NCBI GenBank assembly: GCA_964019425.1
Contig: OZ025784.1
Location: 744,001-808,000, forward strand
Source of the DNA: Flectonema sp. DT1601
Taxonomy: Eukaryota
Reading direction: 5' to 3'
Length of the DNA stretch: 64,000 nucleotides
Positions 1-11,500 of the stretch are shown in pieces; the stretch's first letter is position 1, and every line of letters begins with the position of its first letter. The notes under the pieces were generated by a model. It saw only the letters and a program-made list of their open reading frames with translations, made no database searches and was not told the DNA's origin. The position numbers and the translations under genes were made by a program.

Positions 1-398
1 CTTCAGTACAGGAGACTGATATACCACAGGATAAAATACAGAATGAGATGGAAGAAAAAAAAAGAAAAAAAAACGTAACGTTTACAGTACAACAATCCAA
101 TTTTTACACAACGCTGAAATGCTTTCAACTTGTGAGGAAGAAACCTCGGCAATTAGAACTGGATGGTGAACTGTAAGTTTATTATTGTGAAAGACTATCG
201 ACATTTTAAAACATCGAAACTTCTTTTCAGTACAAGAAGAAAGTTGAGAGGGAGAAGTTTTCCATCACATACCCGCAATCAAACGGGTTATGAATAAAGT
301 ACATCTTACACTTCCGAGTAATCCGAAAGCAAGAAAGATACTTTTTTTTTTGTAAAACATAGATTCATGAATCAAAAAGTCAACAACCGATAACTTTA

Positions 399-3300
399 TT
401 AAATCCTGGAAACAGCAGCAGTGACTTTGTCATTGTTATTGTCAGCCTCCATCTCTTGCATAGTAGTTAGGAAGCTATCGCAATTAGTTTCGTTATTTTG
501 TTGCTTTCGGTAGATGGTGAAGGCAACCAGAGCACCACCTAAGCAAAGGGAAGCAACAACACCAACAATAATGTATATAATGTTATTGTTGTTGTCATTG
601 CTGCTATCCTTTACCACGTTGTCTTCTGTTGATGTTTTAGGTGAATTGAGAGATTCCATTCCGTTTCCAACAGGTTCCATTATCAAAGTGCTGCCGTCAC
701 CATTGTCTCTAAGTAGACCAGCACCGTTACCTGACTCAGTTACCGCGGTATTCAATACAGCAGCACTCTCGTCAGTGACTTCGAAATCAACGAACATCCC
801 GGAATCTCCAACAGACTGCTGGTCCTTGGTTGAGCTGACACCGTGTCCGAGAGTCTTCACTTCCCTGTTTTTACTCAACTCCTTTTTAAACAATTCAGTG
901 TTCCACGATGAAGGAATAGAAGTACCCCACTTCTCTCTCACATCCTTAGCAGGAACGATGTTGTCTTTCATCAGACTCCCAACGTACTTGATCATCAGAT
1001 TCGATGACTCCAATTCTTTTGTAACTCGCATGATGGTTCTTCTTAACTTTCTTAGAAACCTCTTCGGGTTTTCCATAATCTTTGAATACGATCCCTTGAA
1101 TGACAGACGGAACGGTTTCCTTTTGTTGCTTGTCTTCTCCGTATGGCTGTCCACTACTTCGTCATCCTCAACCTCTTTGCAGTGAAGGCCCTTGGAATTG
1201 CAGCAACCCATCTTCTCCTCCTCACTGAGAAGGCCCGCATCAGCTCGGCAGTCAACTGAACACGCGATGTTCTCTTCGTTGCAACACCACTCAACCTGAT
1301 CGCTTCCCCAATCAGACATTGCTTTCGAATCGCTGAAGCAGTCGAACTTCTCCGTCGCACAACCGACACCATCACTGAGACAACAATCCATTCTCGTCAG
1401 CTCATCCCACGATGCACGTTCTGCACGCATTACTTGGCACTTCTCGTTCACCTTCACATCCGCTGCCGCAACATCCGGACAACGAACTCCCTTCACAAAG
1501 CAGCACCAATCCGATTGTTCTTCACTCCAAGCAGCAGCAGTCTTCTCACTCCACTCGCAATCGAACGCATCCTCGTCAACAACGCATCCGACTTGAAACT
1601 TCTCACAGCAGTACGCAGCCTTCTTCTCGTCCCACATCGTCACGTCCACAACCGAAGTCTGCAACAATCCCTCAGCGTTCTTCACAATCTCCATCGACGC
1701 ATCATCAACACTGCAGTCATACATTGCTATTGGACATCCTACTTGTTTTTCTTCACAGCACCACTTTCTCTGAGCAAATCTCCATCCCTTTGGGTCTGAT
1801 CTGCAGTCAAACTGATCCTTCTCGTCTTCCTTGCAGTACCTACCAGTCTTCTCACAGCAATACCTCATCTCTTCCAGAGAAGGTGATTTCACAGAATTGT
1901 AGCAACTGAAAGTCTTGCATCCCAACGAGTTCCATTTCGACACCGACTCCGCAAGACACTCCGACTTTACTTCAATTTTTTCACACGATGGTCTGCAATC
2001 TTTGCTGCACACCTTCTTCCCGTTCACATCACACTTGCACGTCTGCTGGCATCCAGTACACGAATACCCCTTCTTGCATGTTCTACCAGCTCCACACAAC
2101 ACTACATTGTTTGTCTTCAGGTCACACTTCTCATCAATTTTAGGAGCAATACACTTCACATTACCTCCTTCAACAGAACAATACTCACCTTCTTTACATG
2201 AATACGGGTTGCATCTAATTGCGTTACTCTTTACACAGAAATATTCCTTGGAATTCACATCTCTCGTACACTTCGTTCCTGCAGGGCAATCAGAACTACG
2301 ATCCATTGAAATAATCCTTCCACTGTCAATACGACAGACTTCATCTTCTGAGAGCATCGATTTCATACAACTACCAGGGAGGTTAATATTGTCTTCCTTT
2401 GTAATACACTTCAATGATGATAAACAAATATCATATTCACATGATGGTTTGAATCCTCCACAAGACTCTCCTTCTTTAGATCTCTTCACACAAACCATTT
2501 CAGTACCACACTTTCCTGAACTGATAGACTCTGAACGACAGAATTCATCTTCTCCGCAGTCTTCATTATTCTTACAATTCATCTTACTAACTACAGCAAC
2601 ACATTCTGGGTAAGCTCCGTTGCTTCCCTTCATCATCTCACAGACGTATCCAGCATTGCACTTCATGCTTGCACAGTCACTAGCTGGAGCCTTGGAGTAA
2701 ACACATTCTGGGTAAGCTCCGTTGCTTCCCTTCATCATCTCACAGACGTATCCAGCATTGCACTTCATGCTTGCACAGTCACTAGCTGGAGCCTTGGAGT
2801 AAACACATTCTGGGTAAGCTCCGTTGCTTCCCTTCATCATCTCACAGACGTATCCAGCATTGCACTTCATGCTTGCACAGTCACTAGCTGGAGCCTTGGA
2901 GTAAACACATTCTGGGTAAGCTCCGTTGCTTCCCTTCATCATCTCACAGACGTATCCAGCATTGCACTTCATGCTAGCACAGTCACTAGCTGGAGCCTTG
3001 GAGTAAACACATTCTGGGTAAGCTCCGTTGCTTCCCTTCATCATCTCACAGACGTATCCAGCATTGCACTTCATGCTTGTACAGTCACTAGCTGGAGCCT
3101 TGGAGTAAACACATTCTGGGTAAGCTCCGTTGCTTCCCTTCATCATCTCACAGACGTATCCAGCATTGCACTTCATGCTAGCACAGTCACTAGCTGGAGC
3201 CTTGGAGTAAACACATTCTGGGTAAGCTCCGTTGCTTCCCTTCATCATCTCACAGACGTATCCAGCATTGCACTTCATGCTTGCACAGTCACTAGCTGGA

Positions 3301-6300
3301 GCCTTGGAGTAAACGCATTCTGGGTAAGCTCCGTTGCTGCCCTTCATCATCTCACAGACGTATCCAGCATTGCACTTCATGCTAGCACAGTCACTAGCTG
3401 GAGCCTTGGAGTAAACACATTCTGGGTAAGCTCCGTTGCTTCCCTTCATCATCTCACAGACGTATCCAGCATTGCACTTCATGCTTGTACAGTCACTAGC
3501 TGGAGACTTGGAGTAAACACATTCTGGGTAAGCTCCGTTGCTTCCCTTCATCATCTCACAGACGTATCCAGCATTGCACTTCATGCTAGCACAGTCACTA
3601 GCTGGAGCCTTGGAGTAAACGCATTCTGGGTAAGCTCCGTTGCTTCCCTTCATCATCTCACAGACGTATCCAGCATTGCACTTCATGCTAGCACAGTCAC
3701 TAGCTGGAGCCTTGGAGTAAACACATTCTGGGTAAGCTCCGTTGCTTCCCTTCATCATCTCACAGACGTATCCAGCATTGCACTTCATGCTAGCACAGTC
3801 ACTAGCTGGAGTCTTGGAGTAAACACATTCTGGGTAAGCTCCGTTGTTGCCCTTCATCATCTCACAGACGTATCCAGCATTGCACTTCATGCTTGCACAG
3901 TCACTAGCTGGAGCCTTGGAGTAAACGCATTCTGGGTAAGCTCCGTTGCTGCCCTTCATCATCTCACAGACGTATCCAGCATTGCACTTCATGCTTGCAC
4001 AGTCACTAGCTGGAGCCTTGGAGTAAACGCATTCTGGGTAAGCTCCGTTGCTTCCCTTCATCATCTCACAGACGTATCCAGCATTGCACTTCTTGCTTGC
4101 ACAGTCACTAGCTGGAGCCTTCGAGTAAACACATTCTGGGTAAGCTCCGTTGTTGCCCTTCATCATCTCACAGACGTATCCAGCATTGCACTTCATGCTT
4201 GCACAGTCACTAGCTGGAGCCTTGGAGTAAACGCATTCTGGGTAAGCTCCGTTGTTGCCCTTCATCATCTCACAGACGTATCCAGCATTGCACTTCATGC
4301 TTGTACAGTCACTAGCTGGAGCCTTGGAGTAAACGCATTCTGGGTAAGCTCCGTTGTTGCCCTTCATCATCTCACAGACGTATCCAGCATTGCACTTCAT
4401 GCTTGTACAGTCACTAGCTGGAGCCTTGGAGTAAACGCATTCTGGGTAAGCTCCGTTGCTTCCCTTCATCATCTCACAGACGTATCCAGCATTGCACTTC
4501 ATGCTTGCACAGTCACTAGCTGGAGCCTTGGAGTAAACACATTCTGGGTAAGCTCCGTTGCTTCCCTTCATCATCTCACAGACGTATCCAGCATTGCACT
4601 TCATGCTTGCACAGTCACTAGCTGGAGCCTTGGAGTAAACACATTCTGGGTAAGCTCCGTTGTTGCCCTTCATCATCTCACAGACGTATCCAGCATTGCA
4701 CTTCATGCTTGCACAGTCACTAGCTGGAGCCTTGGAGTAAACGCATTCTGGGTAAGCTCCGTTGCTTCCCTTCATCATCTCACAGACGTATCCAGCATTG
4801 CACTTCTTGCTTGCACAGTCACTAGCTGGAGCCTTCGAGTAAACACATTCTGGGTAAGCTCCGTTGTTGCCCTTCATCATCTCACAGACGTATCCAGCAT
4901 TGCACTTCATGCTTGCACAGTCACTAGCTGGAGCCTTCGAGTAAACACATTCTGGGTAAGCTCCGTTGTTGCCCTTCATCATCTCACAGACGTATCCAGC
5001 ATTGCACTTCATGCTTGCACAGTCACTAGCTGGAGCCTTGGAGTAAACGCATTCTGGGTAAGCTCCGTTGTTGCCCTTCATCATCTCACAGACGTATCCA
5101 GCATTGCACTTCATGCTTGTACAGTCACTAGCTGGAGCCTTGGAGTAAACACATTCTGGGTAAGCTCCGTTGTTGCCCTTCATCATCTCACAGACGTATC
5201 CAGCATTGCACTTCTTGCTTGCACAGTCACTAGCTGGAGCCTTGGAGTAAACACATTCTGGGTAAGCTCCGTTGCTGCCCTTCATCATCTCACAGACGTA
5301 TCCAGCATTGCACTTCATGCTTGTACAGTCACTAGCTGGAGCCTTGGAGTAAACACATTCTGGGTAAGCTCCGTTGTTGCCCTTCATCATCTCACAGACG
5401 TATCCAGCATTGCACTTCTTGCTTGCACAGTCACTAGCTGGAGCCTTGGAGTAAACACATTCTGGGTAAGCTCCGTTGCTTCCCTTCATCATCTCACAGA
5501 CGTATCCAGCATTGCACTTCATGCTTGCACAGTCACTAGCTGGAGCCTTGGAGTAAACACATTCTGGGTAAGCTCCGTTGCTTCCCTTCATCATCTCACA
5601 GACGTATCCAGCATTGCACTTCTTGCTTGCACAGTCACTAGCTGGAGCCTTGGAGTAAACACATTCTGGGTAAGCTCCGTTGTTGCCCTTCATCATCTCA
5701 CAGACGTATCCAGCATTGCACTTCTTGCTTGCACAGTCACTAGCTGGAGCCTTGGAGTAAACACATTCTGGGTAAGCTCCGTTGCTTCCCTTCATCATCT
5801 CACAGACGTATCCAGCATTGCACTTCATGCTTGCACAGTCACTAGCTGGAGCCTTGGAGTAAACACATTCTGGGTAAGCTCCGTTGCTTCCCTTCATCAT
5901 CTCACAGACGTATCCAGCATTGCACTTCATGCTTGCACAGTCACTAGCTGGAGCCTTGGAGTAAACACATTCTGGGTAAGCTCCGTTGCTTCCCTTCATC
6001 ATCTCACAGACGTATCCAGCATTGCACTTCTTGCTTGCACAGTCACTAGCTGGAGCCTTGGAGTAAACACATTCTGGGTAAGCTCCGTTGCTTCCCTTCA
6101 TCATCTCACAGACGTATCCAGCATTGCACTTCATGCTTGCACAGTCACTAGCTGGAGCCTTGGAGTAAACACATTCTGGGTAAGCTCCGTTGCTTCCCTT
6201 CATCATCTCACAGACGTATCCAGCATTGCACTTCATGCTTGCACAGTCACTAGCTGGAGCCTTGGAGTAAACACATTCTGGGTAAGCTCCGTTGTTGCCC

Positions 6301-7529
6301 TTCATCATCTCACAGACGTATCCAGCATTGCACTTCATGCTTGCACAGTCACTAGCTGGAGCCTTGGAGTAAACACATTCTGGGTAAGCTCCGTTGCTTC
6401 CCTTCATCATCTCACAGACGTATCCAGCATTGCACTTCTTGCTTGCACAGTCACTAGCTGGAGCCTTGGAGTAAACACATTCTGGGTAAGCTCCGTTGTT
6501 GCCCTTCATCATCTCACAGACGTATCCAGCATTGCACTTCTTGCTTGCACAGTCACTAGCTGGAGCCTTGGAGTAAACACATTCTGGGTAAGCTCCGTTG
6601 CTTCCCTTCATCATCTCACAGACGTATCCAGCATTGCACTTCTTGCTTGCACAGTCACTAGCTGGAGCCTTGGAGTAAACACATTCTGGGTAAGCTCCGT
6701 TGTTGCCCTTCATCATCTCACAGACGTATCCAGCATTGCACTTCTTGCTTGCACAGTCACTAGCTGGAGCCTTCGAGTAAACACATTCTGGGTAAGCTCC
6801 GTTGCTGCCCTTCATCATCTCACAGACGTATCCAGCATTGCACTTCATGCTAGCACAGTCACTAGCTGGAGCCTTCGAGTAAACACATTCTGGGTAAGCT
6901 CCGTTGCTTCCCTTCATCATCTCACAGACGTATCCAGCATTGCATTTCATGCTTGCACAGTCACTAGCTGGAGCCTTGGAGTAAACACATTCTGGGTAAG
7001 CTCCGTTGCTGCCCTTCATCATCTCACAGACGTATCCAGCATTGCACTTCATGCTTGCACAGTCACTAGCTGGAGCCTTCGAGTAAACACATTCTGGGTA
7101 AGCTCCGTTGCTTCCCTTCATCATCTCACAGACGTATCCAGCATTGCATTTCATGCTTGCACAGTCACTAGCTGGAGCCTTGGAGTAAACGCATTCTGGG
7201 TAAGCTCCGTTGCTTCCCTTCATCATCTCACAGACGTATCCAGCATTGCACTTCATGCTTGTACAGTCACTAGCTGGAGCCTTGGAGTAAACACATTCTG
7301 GGTAAGCTCCGTTGTTGCCCTTCATCATCTCACAGACGTATCCAGCATTGCATTTCATGCTTGAACAGTCACTAGCTGGAGCCTTGGAGTAAACGCATTC
7401 TGGGTAAGCTCCGTTGCTGCCCTTCATCATCTCACAGACGTATCCAGCATTGCACTTCATGCTCGCACAATCAGCAGTATGCTGGCAGTGAACCATGGAA
7501 GCTACCAGGCATAAGATCAGAATTCTCAT
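399..7529 (-). CDS. Large Cys-rich type-I membrane/surface protein, copy 1 (2376 aa, 48 x 34-aa repeats)
   Basis: Uninterrupted ORF. Hydrophobic N-terminus MRILILCLVASMVHC (signal-like), 34-aa repeats C-x4-C-x5-C-x12-C, 733-aa unique C-terminal part with WCC/YCC modules, TM segment IIYIIVGVVASLCLGGALVAFTIY followed by RKQQ and a short cytoplasmic tail. Confidence 0.9.
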   Translation of the reverse strand: MRILILCLVASMVHCQHTADCASMKCNAGYVCEMMKGSNGAYPECVYSKAPASDCSSMKCNAGYVCEMMKGNNGAYPECVYSKAPASDCTSMKCNAGYVCEMMKGSNGAYPECVYSKAPASDCASMKCNAGYVCEMMKGSNGAYPECVYSKAPASDCASMKCNAGYVCEMMKGSNGAYPECVYSKAPASDCASMKCNAGYVCEMMKGSNGAYPECVYSKAPASDCASMKCNAGYVCEMMKGSNGAYPECVYSKAPASDCASKKCNAGYVCEMMKGNNGAYPECVYSKAPASDCASKKCNAGYVCEMMKGSNGAYPECVYSKAPASDCASKKCNAGYVCEMMKGNNGAYPECVYSKAPASDCASKKCNAGYVCEMMKGSNGAYPECVYSKAPASDCASMKCNAGYVCEMMKGNNGAYPECVYSKAPASDCASMKCNAGYVCEMMKGSNGAYPECVYSKAPASDCASMKCNAGYVCEMMKGSNGAYPECVYSKAPASDCASKKCNAGYVCEMMKGSNGAYPECVYSKAPASDCASMKCNAGYVCEMMKGSNGAYPECVYSKAPASDCASMKCNAGYVCEMMKGSNGAYPECVYSKAPASDCASKKCNAGYVCEMMKGNNGAYPECVYSKAPASDCASKKCNAGYVCEMMKGSNGAYPECVYSKAPASDCASMKCNAGYVCEMMKGSNGAYPECVYSKAPASDCASKKCNAGYVCEMMKGNNGAYPECVYSKAPASDCTSMKCNAGYVCEMMKGSNGAYPECVYSKAPASDCASKKCNAGYVCEMMKGNNGAYPECVYSKAPASDCTSMKCNAGYVCEMMKGNNGAYPECVYSKAPASDCASMKCNAGYVCEMMKGNNGAYPECVYSKAPASDCASMKCNAGYVCEMMKGNNGAYPECVYSKAPASDCASKKCNAGYVCEMMKGSNGAYPECVYSKAPASDCASMKCNAGYVCEMMKGNNGAYPECVYSKAPASDCASMKCNAGYVCEMMKGSNGAYPECVYSKAPASDCASMKCNAGYVCEMMKGSNGAYPECVYSKAPASDCTSMKCNAGYVCEMMKGNNGAYPECVYSKAPASDCTSMKCNAGYVCEMMKGNNGAYPECVYSKAPASDCASMKCNAGYVCEMMKGNNGAYPECVYSKAPASDCASKKCNAGYVCEMMKGSNGAYPECVYSKAPASDCASMKCNAGYVCEMMKGSNGAYPECVYSKAPASDCASMKCNAGYVCEMMKGNNGAYPECVYSKTPASDCASMKCNAGYVCEMMKGSNGAYPECVYSKAPASDCASMKCNAGYVCEMMKGSNGAYPECVYSKAPASDCASMKCNAGYVCEMMKGSNGAYPECVYSKSPASDCTSMKCNAGYVCEMMKGSNGAYPECVYSKAPASDCASMKCNAGYVCEMMKGSNGAYPECVYSKAPASDCASMKCNAGYVCEMMKGSNGAYPECVYSKAPASDCASMKCNAGYVCEMMKGSNGAYPECVYSKAPASDCTSMKCNAGYVCEMMKGSNGAYPECVYSKAPASDCASMKCNAGYVCEMMKGSNGAYPECVYSKAPASDCASMKCNAGYVCEMMKGSNGAYPECVYSKAPASDCASMKCNAGYVCEMMKGSNGAYPECVYSKAPASDCASMKCNAGYVCEMMKGSNGAYPECVAVVSKMNCKNNEDCGEDEFCRSESISSGKCGTEMVCVKRSKEGESCGGFKPSCEYDICLSSLKCITKEDNINLPGSCMKSMLSEDEVCRIDSGRIISMDRSSDCPAGTKCTRDVNSKEYFCVKSNAIRCNPYSCKEGEYCSVEGGNVKCIAPKIDEKCDLKTNNVVLCGAGRTCKKGYSCTGCQQTCKCDVNGKKVCSKDCRPSCEKIEVKSECLAESVSKWNSLGCKTFSCYNSVKSPSLEEMRYCCEKTGRYCKEDEKDQFDCRSDPKGWRFAQRKWCCEEKQVGCPIAMYDCSVDDASMEIVKNAEGLLQTSVVDVTMWDEKKAAYCCEKFQVGCVVDEDAFDCEWSEKTAAAWSEEQSDWCCFVKGVRCPDVAAADVKVNEKCQVMRAERASWDELTRMDCCLSDGVGCATEKFDCFSDSKAMSDWGSDQVEWCCNEENIACSVDCRADAGLLSEEEKMGCCNSKGLHCKEVEDDEVVDSHTEKTSNKRKPFRLSFKGSYSKIMENPKRFLRKLRRTIMRVTKELESSNLMIKYVGSLMKDNIVPAKDVREKWGTSIPSSWNTELFKKELSKNREVKTLGHGVSSTKDQQSVGDSGMFVDFEVTDESAAVLNTAVTESGNGAGLLRDNGDGSTLIMEPVGNGMESLNSPKTSTEDNVVKDSSNDNNNNIIYIIVGVVASLCLGGALVAFTIYRKQQNNETNCDSFLTTMQEMEADNNNDKVTAAVSRI
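2601..7472 (-). repeat. Intragenic 102-bp tandem repeat, 48 units (last lacks the 8-aa linker)
   Basis: Unit encodes DCASMKCNAGYVCEMMKGSNGAYPECVYSKAPAS. Count derived from ORF length: 2376-733-19=1624 aa = 48x34-8. Confidence 0.95.
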
Positions 7530-8525
7530 TGTATATAGGTGTTGTAAACTGAATTAAATGATAATTTGGTGATATTTTGTTCAGAAATAATGTTCACAAA
7601 AGAACAGTCACAGAAGTAATTATTTGCTACCGAAACATGCTGCAGCTATGAATAAGAATATAAAAATTAAAAACTTTGATGGGAATTCTTACTTTGGTAC
7701 AAACATTACAGTCACCCTATAAACTTGTTCATGAAATAAGCTTCTTTGATTATCATTTATTGACCTGAGAAAAAGAAACAAAGAATCAAAACCAAACGAT
7801 AACAGTCCCGACAATAAAATAGATCTCTGAGAATGAATAATATCACAAAAAGAGAGTAGAGTAATGCTACCATGAATTTGAATTGAAATAAACAAATATA
7901 AATATTTAAATATTCGACAGCAGAAGAGGAAAGGGAAATAAAATTACAAAGCCCGTCGGCAATGTTAAGAAATATTATTAAAATTCGAATTTGTTTCCAT
8001 TCAAATGTGATTCACTGAAAGTTATTGAGAACGGAGAGCGCGTCAAACAAAGGGGAAACATTCCCAGAAACACTCTTAATGTTCTCAAAGAAGAAAAGAA
8101 ACGTAATAAATTTACCCGCCAGATGATCTTCAGTACAGGAGACTGATATACCACAGGATAAAATACAGAATGAGATGGAAGAAAAAAAAAGAAAAAAAAA
8201 CGTAACGTTTACAGTACAACAATCCAATTTTTACACAACGCTGAAATGCTTTCAACTTGTGAGGAAGAAACCTCGGCAATTAGAACTGGATGGTGAACTG
8301 TAAGTTTATTATTGTGAAAGACTATCGACATTTTAAAACATCGAAACTTCTTTTCAGTACAAGAAGAAAGTTGAGAGGGAGAAGTTTTCCATCACATACC
8401 CGCAATCAAACGGGTTATGAATAAAGTACATCTTACACTTCCGAGTAATCCGAAAGCAAGAAAGATACTTTTTTTTTTGTAAAACATAGATTCATGAATC
8501 AAAAAGTCAACAACCGATAACTTTA

Positions 8526-11500
8526 TTAAATCCTGGAAACAGCAGCAGTGACTTTGTCATTGTTATTGTCAGCCTCCATCTCTTGCATAGTAGTTAGGAA
8601 GCTATCGCAATTAGTTTCGTTATTTTGTTGCTTTCGGTAGATGGTGAAGGCAACCAGAGCACCACCTAAGCAAAGGGAAGCAACAACACCAACAATAATG
8701 TATATAATGTTATTGTTGTTGTCATTGCTGCTATCCTTTACCACGTTGTCTTCTGTTGATGTTTTAGGTGAATTGAGAGATTCCATTCCGTTTCCAACAG
8801 GTTCCATTATCAAAGTGCTGCCGTCACCATTGTCTCTAAGTAGACCAGCACCGTTACCTGACTCAGTTACCGCGGTATTCAATACAGCAGCACTCTCGTC
8901 AGTGACTTCGAAATCAACGAACATCCCGGAATCTCCAACAGACTGCTGGTCCTTGGTTGAGCTGACACCGTGTCCGAGAGTCTTCACTTCCCTGTTTTTA
9001 CTCAACTCCTTTTTAAACAATTCAGTGTTCCACGATGAAGGAATAGAAGTACCCCACTTCTCTCTCACATCCTTAGCAGGAACGATGTTGTCTTTCATCA
9101 GACTCCCAACGTACTTGATCATCAGATTCGATGACTCCAATTCTTTTGTAACTCGCATGATGGTTCTTCTTAACTTTCTTAGAAACCTCTTCGGGTTTTC
9201 CATAATCTTTGAATACGATCCCTTGAATGACAGACGGAACGGTTTCCTTTTGTTGCTTGTCTTCTCCGTATGGCTGTCCACTACTTCGTCATCCTCAACC
9301 TCTTTGCAGTGAAGGCCCTTGGAATTGCAGCAACCCATCTTCTCCTCCTCACTGAGAAGGCCCGCATCAGCTCGGCAGTCAACTGAACACGCGATGTTCT
9401 CTTCGTTGCAACACCACTCAACCTGATCGCTTCCCCAATCAGACATTGCTTTCGAATCGCTGAAGCAGTCGAACTTCTCCGTCGCACAACCGACACCATC
9501 ACTGAGACAACAATCCATTCTCGTCAGCTCATCCCACGATGCACGTTCTGCACGCATTACTTGGCACTTCTCGTTCACCTTCACATCCGCTGCCGCAACA
9601 TCCGGACAACGAACTCCCTTCACAAAGCAGCACCAATCCGATTGTTCTTCACTCCAAGCAGCAGCAGTCTTCTCACTCCACTCGCAATCGAACGCATCCT
9701 CGTCAACAACGCATCCGACTTGAAACTTCTCACAGCAGTACGCAGCCTTCTTCTCGTCCCACATCGTCACGTCCACAACCGAAGTCTGCAACAATCCCTC
9801 AGCGTTCTTCACAATCTCCATCGACGCATCATCAACACTGCAGTCATACATTGCTATTGGACATCCTACTTGTTTTTCTTCACAGCACCACTTTCTCTGA
9901 GCAAATCTCCATCCCTTTGGGTCTGATCTGCAGTCAAACTGATCCTTCTCGTCTTCCTTGCAGTACCTACCAGTCTTCTCACAGCAATACCTCATCTCTT
10001 CCAGAGAAGGTGATTTCACAGAATTGTAGCAACTGAAAGTCTTGCATCCCAACGAGTTCCATTTCGACACCGACTCCGCAAGACACTCCGACTTTACTTC
10101 AATTTTTTCACACGATGGTCTGCAATCTTTGCTGCACACCTTCTTCCCGTTCACATCACACTTGCACGTCTGCTGGCATCCAGTACACGAATACCCCTTC
10201 TTGCATGTTCTACCAGCTCCACACAACACTACATTGTTTGTCTTCAGGTCACACTTCTCATCAATTTTAGGAGCAATACACTTCACATTACCTCCTTCAA
10301 CAGAACAATACTCACCTTCTTTACATGAATACGGGTTGCATCTAATTGCGTTACTCTTTACACAGAAATATTCCTTGGAATTCACATCTCTCGTACACTT
10401 CGTTCCTGCAGGGCAATCAGAACTACGATCCATTGAAATAATCCTTCCACTGTCAATACGACAGACGTCATCTTCTGAGAGCATCGATTTCATACAACTA
10501 CCAGGGAGGTTAATATTGTCTTCCTTTGTAATACACTTCAATGATGATAAACAAATATCATATTCACATGATGGTTTGAATCCTCCACAAGACTCTCCTT
10601 CTTTAGATCTCTTCACACAAACCATTTCAGTACCACACTTTCCTGAACTGATAGACTCTGAACGACAGAATTCATCTTCTCCGCAGTCTTCATTATTCTT
10701 ACAATTCATCTTACTAACTACAGCAACACATTCTGGGTAAGCTCCGTTGCTTCCCTTCATCATCTCACAGACGTATCCAGCATTGCACTTCATGCTTGCA
10801 CAGTCACTAGCTGGAGCCTTGGAGTAAACACATTCTGGGTAAGCTCCGTTGCTTCCCTTCATCATCTCACAGACGTATCCAGCATTGCACTTCATGCTTG
10901 CACAGTCACTAGCTGGAGCCTTGGAGTAAACACATTCTGGGTAAGCTCCGTTGCTTCCCTTCATCATCTCACAGACGTATCCAGCATTGCACTTCATGCT
11001 TGCACAGTCACTAGCTGGAGCCTTGGAGTAAACACATTCTGGGTAAGCTCCGTTGTTGCCCTTCATCATCTCACAGACGTATCCAGCATTGCACTTCATG
11101 CTTGCACAGTCACTAGCTGGAGCCTTGGAGTAAACACATTCTGGGTAAGCTCCGTTGTTGCCCTTCATCATCTCACAGACGTATCCAGCATTGCACTTCA
11201 TGCTTGCACAGTCACTAGCTGGAGCCTTGGAGTAAACGCATTCTGGGTAAGCTCCGTTGCTGCCCTTCATCATCTCACAGACGTATCCAGCATTGCACTT
11301 CATGCTAGCACAGTCACTAGCTGGAGCCTTGGAGTAAACACATTCTGGGTAAGCTCCGTTGCTTCCCTTCATCATCTCACAGACGTATCCAGCATTGCAC
11401 TTCATGCTAGCACAGTCACTAGCTGGAGCCTTGGAGTAAACACATTCTGGGTAAGCTCCGTTGTTGCCCTTCATCATCTCACAGACGTATCCAGCATTGC

